Assembly (NCBI GenBank): GCA_038228615.1
Contig: JBBRPC010000003.1
Location: 1 to 46,603 of the forward strand
Direction: 5' to 3'
DNA: 46,603 bases
Source: Acidimicrobiia bacterium
GTDB lineage: Bacteria; Actinomycetota; Acidimicrobiia; IMCC26256; PALSA-610
This document shows positions 1 through 8,578 of this stretch, piece after piece. A program made the translations under genes and the position numbers. Below the pieces are notes generated by a model, which ran no database searches, was not told where the DNA came from, and saw nothing but the letters and a program-made list of their open reading frames with translations. The stretch's first letter is position 1; each line of letters starts with the position of its first letter.

Positions 1-934
1 CGCGGATATCGCGATCGCATCGACCAATCACTTCAACTGCGCCAAGATTTTCCAGCACTTGTTCGACGCGAGATGCACCAGTAATAACGCTGGAAACATT
101 GCGGTTCCTTGCACACCAGGCGAGTGCGAGTTGTGACAACGAACACTCGAGTTCATCGGCAATCGCTTTCAGAAGGCGGACTTTGTCGTTGCGTTCGGGG
201 TCGGCCAGCATGCCCTTGAGCCATTCATAGCCAGCCAACGTCGCGCGCGAATCGTCGGGAACACCGTCGAGATACTTGCCGGTGAGGAGCCCGGAAGCGA
301 GTGGGCTCCACGTGGTCAATCCAATGCCTTCATCTTCGTAGAGGCGTTTGTACTCTTGCTCGACGCGCTGTCGGTGAAACACGTTGTATTGCGGTTGTTC
401 GACCACAGGTTTGCGCAAGTGGTGACGTTCCGCAATATCGCACGCGGCACGAATTTCGTCGGCCGACCATTCAGACGTTCCCCAATAGTGCGCTTTGCCC
501 CCGCCGACGATGTCGCTCATCGCCCATACGGTCTCTTCGATCGGCGTCGACGGGTCGGGACGGTGGCAGTAGAGAAGATCCACGAAGTCGAGGTTCAGCC
601 GATCCAATGACCCGTCGATCGCGTGCATGAGATATTTGCGATTCAGCGTGTTTTTCGTATTCACGCTTTCATCGATTCCCCAAAACAATTTCGTCGACAC
701 GACGTAGCTAAAGCGAGGCCACGCCAACTCCGCTATCGCTCGGCCCATGATGCGCTCGGACTCGCCCGCTGCGTACCCTTCAGCGTTGTCGAAGAAGTTC
801 ATCCCGCCCTCGTACGCCGCGCTCAAACAATCGCGGGCGCGCCCAGTGTCGAGCTGCGCTCCAAAACTCACCCAGGATCCGAACGACAAGACGCTGACAT
901 TGAGACCCGACCGACCAAGGCGGCGATATTCCAT
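1..934 (-). CDS. Aldo/keto reductase (Kv-beta subunit-like), runs off the left edge
   Basis: Not in the ORF track; hand translation from ATG 934: [21 protein letters not shown]...FFDNAEGY...STK...YCHRPD...WGTSEW...EQPQYN...[19 protein letters not shown] -10 lies 7 nt upstream. Confidence 0.92.
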   Translation of the reverse strand, partial: MEYRRLGRSGLNVSVLSFGSWVSFGAQLDTGRARDCLSAAYEGGMNFFDNAEGYAAGESERIMGRAIAELAWPRFSYVVSTKLFWGIDESVNTKNTLNRKYLMHAIDGSLDRLNLDFVDLLYCHRPDPSTPIEETVWAMSDIVGGGKAHYWGTSEWSADEIRAACDIAERHHLRKPVVEQPQYNVFHRQRVEQEYKRLYEDEGIGLTTWSPLASGLLTGKYLDGVPDDSRATLAGYEWLKGMLADPERNDKVRLLKAIADELECSLSQLALAWCARNRNVSSVITGASRVEQVLENLGAVEVIGRCDRDIR

Positions 935-948
935 AGCAATGACTGTAT

Positions 949-1269
949 ATGGGCCAATCAGTCGTTCAGTCCGGTGAAGCGAACGAAGGCCCGCCTGTCT
1001 GCGGTGGCATCGCACAAGCGATCGGTAGTGCGGCCATTGGTGGTGCGACCTTCATTGCAGCGTTAGTGCTGATGAAGTTGGTCAACGCCACAGGCACGCT
1101 GCGGGTCAGCGAACAAGGCGAATTGGACGGCCTCGACTTGCACGAACATGGTGCAGGCGCATACCACTTCGAATTTGGAGGGTCATCGCTCACGATGTCG
1201 GGTTCTGTCTCTGGCGACCGAGCACCAGAACCTGTGGGTGCCGGCAGCAAGGAGACCGTGCTCCCGTAG
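949..1269 (+). pseudogene. amtB: C-terminal remnant of an Amt-family ammonium transporter
   Basis: [24 protein letters not shown]...LRVSEQGELDGLDLHEHGAGAY matches the last TM helix and conserved cytoplasmic tail of Amt proteins. There is no room upstream for the other ~10 helices. Confidence 0.72.
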
Positions 1270-1296
1270 CTCAACGAATACCTCTTTGTCACCTCT

Positions 1297-1330
1297 TTGG
1301 GCTCCGATCGCAGCTGCGGTCGGAGCCCAA
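1297..1330 (+). terminator. Long GC-rich hairpin, likely intrinsic terminator after the amt remnant
   Basis: ttgggctccgatcgcag / ctgcggtcggagcccaa inverted repeat with one G-U pair, 27 nt after the stop; no strong U-tract. Confidence 0.6.
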
Positions 1331-1367
1331 CTTGGTGGAGAACGCGACCGTCAGCGAGACTGACGTC

Positions 1368-2549
1368 ATGACCTCAGCTCAGGGATATACGGCCCCAGGA
1401 TTCGAAGCAGTTCGTGACGCGTTCGAGGCGAACTTCAACGACCACGGCGAAGTTGGCGCAGCGTTTAGCGCCTACCACCGCGGGAAGCCGGTCGTCGACC
1501 TCTGGGGCGGAGTCGCCGACCAGGCATCGGGCAAGCCCTGGAATGAAGACACCATGATTCTGGTGTTCTCCACAACCAAGGGCGCGACTGCCATGTGTGT
1601 GAACCAACTCGTGCAATCCGGCGCGATCGACGTCGAAGCACCCGTCGCCAGTTATTGGCCAGAGTTCGCGGCGAACGGCAAAGCCGACATCACCGTCGCG
1701 CAATTGATGTCGCACCAGGCCGGTTTGGCGTGGATCGATGGCACAATGTCACTCGATGACGCCCTTGCATGGGAACCCGTCGTCGACGCACTTGCGCAAC
1801 AAGCGCCGCATTGGCCGCCTGGGACACAACACGGGTATCACGCGACAACCTACGGGTGGCTGGCTGGCGAACTCGTGCGCCGAGTTTCGAAGAAATCGGT
1901 TGGCACCTATTTGCGCGAGGCCATCGCGGGGCCGCTTGGCGCAAATTTCTTTATTGGCCTTCCCGAAGAATACGAACCCCAGGTTGCGTCACTGGTCTCG
2001 ATGCTTCCCACAGGCACGAGGTTCGATACCGATCCTGCAGACGACGACTCCGTCCGTGCGATGTTGCGCCAATTCATGGGCCCCGACACGCCCCTCGGCA
2101 AAGCACTCACAGCGCCAGGCGGCGCATTTTCGGATGCTGAAGTGTTCAACCTTCCCAAGGTTCGGGCCGCCGAAATCCCGGCAGCCAATGGAGTCGCCGA
2201 CGCTCGCGGCGTGGCCCGGCTGTATGCGGCGTGCGTGAGCGACGTTGATGGCATCAGGATTCTCGAACCGAAACAACTCGACGCTGCAATCACCCAGCGA
2301 ACGACCGGTGGCAACACGATCTTGTTCAACATGGATATTCAATTTGGCATCGGCTTCATGCTCCGCTCGTCACTCATCCCCCTCGGCGGACCCCGTTCCT
2401 TTGGGCATTTTGGTATGGGCGGATCGATGGGTTGGGCCGACCCCGACGCTGAACTTTCGTTTGGTTACGTCATGAACAAGATGGACCTCGGCATGGCTGG
2501 TGATGCGCGAAGCACCAACCTGCTCAACGCCGTATACGAGAGTCTCTAA
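1368..2549 (+). CDS. Serine hydrolase, beta-lactamase-related (family VIII esterase type)
   Basis: FSTTKG (SxxK), LMSHQAGL, HGYHA, FGHFGMGG. ATG 1368 preferred over the ORF-track start at 1332. Confidence 0.9.
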   Translation: MTSAQGYTAPGFEAVRDAFEANFNDHGEVGAAFSAYHRGKPVVDLWGGVADQASGKPWNEDTMILVFSTTKGATAMCVNQLVQSGAIDVEAPVASYWPEFAANGKADITVAQLMSHQAGLAWIDGTMSLDDALAWEPVVDALAQQAPHWPPGTQHGYHATTYGWLAGELVRRVSKKSVGTYLREAIAGPLGANFFIGLPEEYEPQVASLVSMLPTGTRFDTDPADDDSVRAMLRQFMGPDTPLGKALTAPGGAFSDAEVFNLPKVRAAEIPAANGVADARGVARLYAACVSDVDGIRILEPKQLDAAITQRTTGGNTILFNMDIQFGIGFMLRSSLIPLGGPRSFGHFGMGGSMGWADPDAELSFGYVMNKMDLGMAGDARSTNLLNAVYESL

Positions 2550-2555
2550 GCGTCA

Positions 2556-3140
2556 CTACGGAACCGGAGCGTGAGGAGTCTCAGGAAACGGGACTCCTGT
2601 GACACCGTCGTCGCGCTGCACGCGCAGCGTATTGAGCGCCGTTGCAACGAGTTGATACTGACCAACGGTGAAGATCAGATCGAGGACCTGCTCTGTGGTG
2701 AGCACCGCGGCAAGCGCGGTATAGGTACTGTCGCTGAGTGTGCGGTAGTCGAAGAGTTCGTCGGCAGCCACGACGAGCGATCGATCCGCGTCCGACCAGT
2801 CGCTCGCCGACGGCCCAGTCGCTATGCGCGCAATTTCATCGTCGGTGAGGCCCACAGCACGACCGATGACCACGTGTTGACCCCATTCGTACTGGGAGCC
2901 ACAACGCCAACCGGTTCGCAGTATCAAGATCTCACGGGTCCGGGGCTCGAGCGTCGATTTCGCCAGTACGTGCGCGCCGAATACCAACCAGCGGCGCAAC
3001 AATTTCGGGTGATGTGCAAGCGTCGCGAAGATATTGAGCACCTGGTCGTTGCCGACGAACGCGCCACTCTCGAGCAGCACACGGGTGTCATCGCTCCAGT
3101 CGCTGGGATCGAGCGGTGCAAGTCGGGGCTGGTCCGCCAC
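2556..3140 (-). CDS. Carboxymuconolactone decarboxylase/AhpD-like family protein
   Basis: LNIFATLAHHP...REILILRTGWRCGSQYEWGQH...ADEL pattern. Confidence 0.85.
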   Translation of the reverse strand: MADQPRLAPLDPSDWSDDTRVLLESGAFVGNDQVLNIFATLAHHPKLLRRWLVFGAHVLAKSTLEPRTREILILRTGWRCGSQYEWGQHVVIGRAVGLTDDEIARIATGPSASDWSDADRSLVVAADELFDYRTLSDSTYTALAAVLTTEQVLDLIFTVGQYQLVATALNTLRVQRDDGVTGVPFPETPHAPVP

Positions 3141-3149
3141 TACGCAGCG

Positions 3150-3833
3150 CTACTCGTCGAGCGCCGAGTCGCGCATCGGATAGCTGGAGAACACGTCGAT
3201 GAACTTGGCCGGGTCGCCTTCCCAGGTATACGCCTCGACTTGTGCTGCACTTCGGCGACCTGTGAGCGCGCGCGTCAATTCGAAACGCGACGCACGCACC
3301 GTCGCGAGCACCTCACCGGAGCCAACAATTTGTTCTTCGCCGTCGGCAATCAAGCGTACCGACTCGCCCCGTTCAACGAGCCGCGTTCCCAGCCTGTTGG
3401 CGTAATTCGAATACGCGATCGCTGCTCCCGCGCCGTCACGATATTCGGTATTCCCGAAACCGCTCCGGGTGTCGAAATCGTGTGTGACGAGATCCGAAAT
3501 CAAGGAACGCACCAGTTCCGGTGGCGCAGCCGATGCCATCGCCTCAGCCTGCGAGCCCGTTTCAGCCCATTCAGTCACGATGTCGTCGACCGTCATCCCA
3601 AGGCGCCCATCGATATGGGCCTGGGTCCAAGCGTCGGTACCCACGCCATCAAGGCGGCCGGCGGCGACATCTGCAGGGATACCAGCAACATGCGCGATTA
3701 CCTCTCTCGCGCTCCAGTCGGGGCAGGCTGGGAGTTTGGTCGCAAGCTGCGTCGGCGACAGTCCCGCAACAAAGGCCGATAGGCCTTCACGATGTTCGCG
3801 ATAAACAGCACCAAGATCATTTACGTCGGTCAT
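3150..3833 (-). CDS. Maleylpyruvate isomerase-like (MDMPI/DinB superfamily) protein
   Basis: PACPDWSAREVIAH, DLVTHDFD, C-terminal RALTGRRS; TAGGTT -10 6 nt before the ATG. Confidence 0.85.
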   Translation of the reverse strand: MTDVNDLGAVYREHREGLSAFVAGLSPTQLATKLPACPDWSAREVIAHVAGIPADVAAGRLDGVGTDAWTQAHIDGRLGMTVDDIVTEWAETGSQAEAMASAAPPELVRSLISDLVTHDFDTRSGFGNTEYRDGAGAAIAYSNYANRLGTRLVERGESVRLIADGEEQIVGSGEVLATVRASRFELTRALTGRRSAAQVEAYTWEGDPAKFIDVFSSYPMRDSALDE

Positions 3834-3918
3834 GCAGTGAACCTACATGCCATCGGCGCAAAATGAAACAGACGGAACATCACAGCGAAACCGCCATCTC
3901 GAGCAGAGGGACCAGCCA

Positions 3919-4908
3919 ATGCCACAAATTGAACACTGCGAACAATGTCGCTTCGATGTAAGTGCCTATACAAACCAAGACGTCGCGGGCACGCTGCGCA
4001 CGATTCCAGTGTGGTGGCGATTGCTCACCGCGGGCCTCGCCGACGACGTACTGCGAATGCGTCCGAACCGCGCCACATGGTCGGCCGTCGAGTACGCCCA
4101 ACACTCAGTCGATGTCACCACACTGATCACGGCGTTGCTTGAAGCCACGCTCGAAACCGATGGACTCGATTTCGGCCAAGAGCCCGTGCCAGAAGACGCA
4201 GGACCCACGCCATCGAGCGCGGCGATGGCACCGATCCTCGATCAGATGGAAGTCGCCACGACGAAATTGAACCAACACAATGAACGTGCCAATGCGACAA
4301 CGCACACTTGTACCTTCACCGGCGAGTTCGGCAGCGTTGCATACGACGGGCCGTGGGTCATGCGACACGCTTGCCACGACGCGCTGCATCACCTACAGGA
4401 TGTCGGCCGTGGTTTGCATGCACTTGGATACGGCGTCCCAACGCAACATGGCAGCGTCGCGCAAATCAATCGCAACGACGGCGGCGTCCCAAAGGTCGCG
4501 GTCGACCAGGCAACCGTTGCGTTCCGAGGAGTCGTAGGAGATCGTCAACGGTCGCGCCAACATCACGGACGACTCTGGCAAGCCATCTGTTTGTATTCAT
4601 TCGAAGCGATCGAGCGGCTCCAAGCCGAAGGACACTCGATCGCCGCCGGTTCGGCCGGTGAGAATTTCACGCTGCAAGGACTCGATTGGCACTCGCTGCG
4701 GCCGAATACCCGCATCCATATTGGATCCGAAGTTGTGCTCGAACTGACGGTTCCCGCCTTGCCGTGCACCCACAACGCGCAGTGGTTTTCCGACCGGGAT
4801 TTCAATCGGATGCACCACGTTGCACACCCGGGGGAGACGCGTTGGTATGCGAGCGTTGTCCAAGATGGAGCCGTCCGCACAGGAGACGTCGTCGTCGTTG
4901 AGCCTTGA
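3919..4908 (+). CDS. DinB-like domain fused to a MOSC domain
   Basis: N-half CEQCRFD, RPNRATWSAVEYAQH, HDALHHLQD; C-half GGVPK, GENF, LPC, GAVRTGD. gaggg SD precedes ATG 3919. Confidence 0.82.
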   Translation: MPQIEHCEQCRFDVSAYTNQDVAGTLRTIPVWWRLLTAGLADDVLRMRPNRATWSAVEYAQHSVDVTTLITALLEATLETDGLDFGQEPVPEDAGPTPSSAAMAPILDQMEVATTKLNQHNERANATTHTCTFTGEFGSVAYDGPWVMRHACHDALHHLQDVGRGLHALGYGVPTQHGSVAQINRNDGGVPKVAVDQATVAFRGVVGDRQRSRQHHGRLWQAICLYSFEAIERLQAEGHSIAAGSAGENFTLQGLDWHSLRPNTRIHIGSEVVLELTVPALPCTHNAQWFSDRDFNRMHHVAHPGETRWYASVVQDGAVRTGDVVVVEP

Positions 4909-4992
4909 ATGCAAATGATGGGGAACCACGAATGAGCCAGGCGCCGCCGACCGAGGCACGCGAATCATTGTGCGACTAACCTTGAGGCGACA

Positions 4993-5901
4993 ATGGACAA
5001 ACCCCGCATTCCGTTGACCTGGTCCGATTGGGCGAGCGGCGACTGGCTCGGTGTCGCAAATCCAATGAATCCGCTCGGCAGGGTCGCACCTGCAGTTGCT
5101 GGTTCAATCGATACGTTCGCACGGGTCGTCGGGGCAACGTTGGGGGCTGCCGCCGAACGAGGTGGTCCAGCCGCACCACAGTTCCTCATTGAACAGATCC
5201 TCAGCACCGCACGGACGCGCCTCGTCGGTCGAGAGATTTCGCTCAAAGCAGGATCCGGTGAACTGCATCTCACGCTAGAAGATTTGCGGTTCTCGGCTTC
5301 CCCGCTCGGCCTGGCGCTCGGCCAATTCGGCACGATCACTACAGATGCGAGCAACGTCTCGTGGGACGGCGGACGACTCAATTCGCTCACGGTGAAGTTC
5401 AAGAACGTACATCTGCGTCCTGGTGCCCAACCCGCTCTCATTATCGCTCCGATCAAGTTCAGCGCCACGATTCGCCAAGACGTGCTGAACCAACTCATCG
5501 CGGGAGCGGCAGACAAAGTTTCGGTGGAACTACAACCAAACGGAATCGCAGTCGCCAGGCGTCCCGGGAGGGAATCTTGGGGCAGCGCGCAGGTAACGCC
5601 ACGCATCGAAGACCAAAATGTACGACTCGTGGCGAAAGGTTTGACCGTAGGGACGCGATCCTTCACGACACAACGCGCAGGCATCCCGTCGGCGCTCATT
5701 GAAGTTCCACCGCTTCCCGGCGGCATGCGTATGACTGACATTGCGCTCGGCGACTCTTGTGTCAACATCGAGGCTGTCATCAACGAGTGGCGTGAGCCCG
5801 TAACGGCCCAGCAATTGTTGATGCTTTCCGACCTTGTGCGCAGCGACAACACGCAACTTGATTTCTCTCGCGCCAACAACGGAAGCGGACGACACCAATG
5901 A
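4993..5901 (+). CDS. Hypothetical protein, possibly LmeA/DUF2993-like lipid-binding beta-rich protein
   Basis: 302-aa beta-rich ORF, translationally coupled (ATGA) to the downstream lipid gene; family call is tentative. Confidence 0.5.
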   Translation: MDKPRIPLTWSDWASGDWLGVANPMNPLGRVAPAVAGSIDTFARVVGATLGAAAERGGPAAPQFLIEQILSTARTRLVGREISLKAGSGELHLTLEDLRFSASPLGLALGQFGTITTDASNVSWDGGRLNSLTVKFKNVHLRPGAQPALIIAPIKFSATIRQDVLNQLIAGAADKVSVELQPNGIAVARRPGRESWGSAQVTPRIEDQNVRLVAKGLTVGTRSFTTQRAGIPSALIEVPPLPGGMRMTDIALGDSCVNIEAVINEWREPVTAQQLLMLSDLVRSDNTQLDFSRANNGSGRHQ

Positions 5902-7328
5902 TGCAGCGCAGCCTCGACGACGCGCTCGAGGAAATTGAGCTCAGCGAACCCGGCCGGAAAATTGCCGCGTTCTTCGACTTCGACGGGACGCTCATCTATG
6001 GATACAGCGCGCTCGTGTTTGCCCAGGATCGGATTCTTCGCCGCCAGGTTGGCGCAGCTGAGGCGCTTCGCACGCTTCGGCTGGGGATCGACTATGCCCG
6101 AGGCAGGGCTGGATACGACGAATTGATCAAACTCGCTGGGGCGACGTGGAAAGGCATGACGCCGAACGAGGTCGAAGAGCTCGGGCAGCGACTCTTCAAG
6201 GACTACATCTCGGATCGCGTCTATCCAGAGGCGAGAGCCCTCGTCGCCGCACACCAGCGCAAGGGCCACACCATTGCCATCACGACGTCGGCGACCTGGT
6301 TTCAGGTCGCGCCCATCGCGAAGGCGCTCGGCATCCCCGATGTCGTGTGTCAACATCTCGAAGTCGTCGACAACATCGTTACCGGCAACATGGCTGGTGC
6401 ATCAATGTGGGGTCCTGGAAAGGCTGCCGCAGCGCGCCGCTTCTCAGACGAACACGATGTCAACTTCGACGGCAGCTTCTTCTATGCCGACGGAGACGAA
6501 GACACGGCGTTGATGTCGGAGATTGGTCATCCACGACCTACGAACCCTGGAAAGCATTTGGCTGCGGTTGCCGAGGAACGCGGCTGGCCGATCTTACGAT
6601 TCGCATCGCGGGGCACCCCTTCGATCGACGTGATGGCACGCAATATCACGGGAGTCATTGCCGCCGCGCCGATCGCGACCACGGCGGCCGTACTTGGTCT
6701 TGTGCGCCGCAGCCGACGCGAGGCAACCAATATCGTGACCTCACTTGTTCCTGATGCAGTCTTCGGTCTCGCTGCGGTGGAACTCGTCGTCGACGGAGCA
6801 GAACATCTTGCGATGCATCAACCCGCAATTGTGGTTTGGAATCAACGCAGCAGGATCGACGCATTTGTGATCGCGAAACTCTTGCGACGCGACTGCAGGA
6901 TCATCGTCGACCGCAACCTTGCGACCGATCCCGTCGTCGGCACCATCGGGCGGTTCCTCGACCTCACCTTTGCGCGGAATCACGCGGATCCCGACGCCAG
7001 CACGCGAGCAAATTTGTCCGCTTTGCTTGCCGAAGGCACATCGATCGCATTCGGATTGGGCACGAGAACCTTGCCGAACGACGGCGACGACGCTCGGCTG
7101 CGGAGTTCAATTCCTCGGCTAGCTGCTGGCGCTCACGTCACCATCGTCCCAGTCGTCATCCACGACAGTGAACGCCTCGTCACGCGCCGTCCGCCAATGG
7201 TCCGACCTGGTCGCATCCGCGTGTCGGTGCTCGAGCCTGTGGTCGTTGAGGGTTCAACCCGCTCCGACTTCGAAACCGTCGCGGCGCAGATCACCTCGAC
7301 CATCGACGCAGCGGCTCAGGCGCGCTGA
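5898..7328 (+). CDS. HAD-IB hydrolase fused to a degenerate lysophospholipid acyltransferase (PlsC-like) domain
   Basis: AFFDFDGTL, TTSAT, GPGK, YADGDED HAD motifs; C-terminal acyltransferase-like region with WNQRSRID and IVPVVI. Confidence 0.85.
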   Translation: MMQRSLDDALEEIELSEPGRKIAAFFDFDGTLIYGYSALVFAQDRILRRQVGAAEALRTLRLGIDYARGRAGYDELIKLAGATWKGMTPNEVEELGQRLFKDYISDRVYPEARALVAAHQRKGHTIAITTSATWFQVAPIAKALGIPDVVCQHLEVVDNIVTGNMAGASMWGPGKAAAARRFSDEHDVNFDGSFFYADGDEDTALMSEIGHPRPTNPGKHLAAVAEERGWPILRFASRGTPSIDVMARNITGVIAAAPIATTAAVLGLVRRSRREATNIVTSLVPDAVFGLAAVELVVDGAEHLAMHQPAIVVWNQRSRIDAFVIAKLLRRDCRIIVDRNLATDPVVGTIGRFLDLTFARNHADPDASTRANLSALLAEGTSIAFGLGTRTLPNDGDDARLRSSIPRLAAGAHVTIVPVVIHDSERLVTRRPPMVRPGRIRVSVLEPVVVEGSTRSDFETVAAQITSTIDAAAQAR

Positions 7329-8572
7329 CCCACCTCAGTGCGCACCAAATTGAGGAACTGTTCAATCGCGAACACCGTCGCGTGCGTCCGCGGCGACCAA
7401 AACACATCGAACGCATGTTGTGCGCCGGGGAGCTCGGCGTAGACCACCGGTTGAGGCGATTCTTTGCGCAACATGTCGACGAACGAACGGGCTTGTTCGA
7501 CCGGCACTAGCGAATCATTCGCACCGTGAACGACAAGGAATGGAGGCGCGTCCGCGTGGATTCGGCTCATCGTTGATGCGACATCCCAAGCTTCACGGTC
7601 GGCATCAAATTTCGTTTTGAATACCTTCTCTTCGAGCATGCGCTGCATGTCTGGGCGACCAGTACCGTCTCGGTTCGTAAAGTCGTACACGCCATACATC
7701 GGTACGGCTGCTTGCACTGACGTATCGACCTCTTCAAAGCCGGGCTGGAAACGGGCGTCGTTCGCGCTCAACGCGGCAAGCGAACTCAAGTGGCCACCCG
7801 CCGAACCACCAGTAATCGCAATAAAGTTGGGATCACCACCGAAACGGCCGATATTCGCCTTCGTCCAGGCGATCGCACGTTTCACATCAACGATGTGATC
7901 GGGCCAGGTCGCTCGCGGGCTGAGCCGGTAGTTGATCGAGACACACACCCACCCGCGCTCTGTCAGATGCGACAGCAGTGGGATTCCTTGTTGTTCCTTG
8001 TTGCCGATCATCCACGCGCCACCGTGCACCTGGATGAGCACCGGGGCTCTCCCATCCACGCTCACATCAGCACGCTTCCACACGTCGAGACGGTTGCGTT
8101 TGCCGACTTCGCCGTAGGCAATATCGCTTTCAGCGCACAGCGATCTGCGCGACATCGGGAACGGTTGCACAAGGCGTGCCAGAGGAAACGGTTCTGGGGA
8201 TGTTCGCAACGACGCTTCGATACGTTGTTCGAATCCGGCGCCGAGCTCTTGGGTAAATGCATCTCGAAAGATCGTGCCGGCTTGACGTGCATCACGATGG
8301 ATCCGCACGAGCCGCATGGCCGTTGCCGTATTGAACACAATCGCTGCCCGACCCGGCCATGAACGTAAGGCGCCTCGCTGGATCGCACGGACCGAAGCGA
8401 TGGTGTCGAGCGCGGCCGCGTGCAACGGAAGTTCGGAGGTGAGCCAGCCATTGAAGAACGACGGGACTGAGAGCAGGCCACCGCGAGCGAAGGGTGAGAC
8501 TGCGTTCGCGGTTCGAAGGACCCGAAGCAAGCTTGAGGTCATTGCATGCGGGGGTCGTTCAGCCATACCCAA
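7316..8572 (-). CDS. Alpha/beta hydrolase (LipM/LipO/LipQ-like carboxylesterase)
   Basis: HGGAW oxyanion motif, GGSAGG nucleophile elbow, HGANDSLVP, QHAFD. Confidence 0.9.
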   Translation of the reverse strand: MGMAERPPHAMTSSLLRVLRTANAVSPFARGGLLSVPSFFNGWLTSELPLHAAALDTIASVRAIQRGALRSWPGRAAIVFNTATAMRLVRIHRDARQAGTIFRDAFTQELGAGFEQRIEASLRTSPEPFPLARLVQPFPMSRRSLCAESDIAYGEVGKRNRLDVWKRADVSVDGRAPVLIQVHGGAWMIGNKEQQGIPLLSHLTERGWVCVSINYRLSPRATWPDHIVDVKRAIAWTKANIGRFGGDPNFIAITGGSAGGHLSSLAALSANDARFQPGFEEVDTSVQAAVPMYGVYDFTNRDGTGRPDMQRMLEEKVFKTKFDADREAWDVASTMSRIHADAPPFLVVHGANDSLVPVEQARSFVDMLRKESPQPVVYAELPGAQHAFDVFWSPRTHATVFAIEQFLNLVRTEVGQRA

Positions 8573-8578
8573 GCTAGG

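Noticed and set aside
1368-2549. Possible beta-lactam resistance gene
   Set aside because: No signal peptide; the motif set (LMSHQAGL, YHA, HFG) fits family VIII esterases rather than AmpC.
2571-3782. 403-aa + strand ORF (and similar long ORFs at 4965-6356, 8972-10192, 13450-14619, 24817-25926, 37877-39097)
   Set aside because: Antisense shadows of well-supported genes, expected in high-GC DNA; no recognisable motifs.
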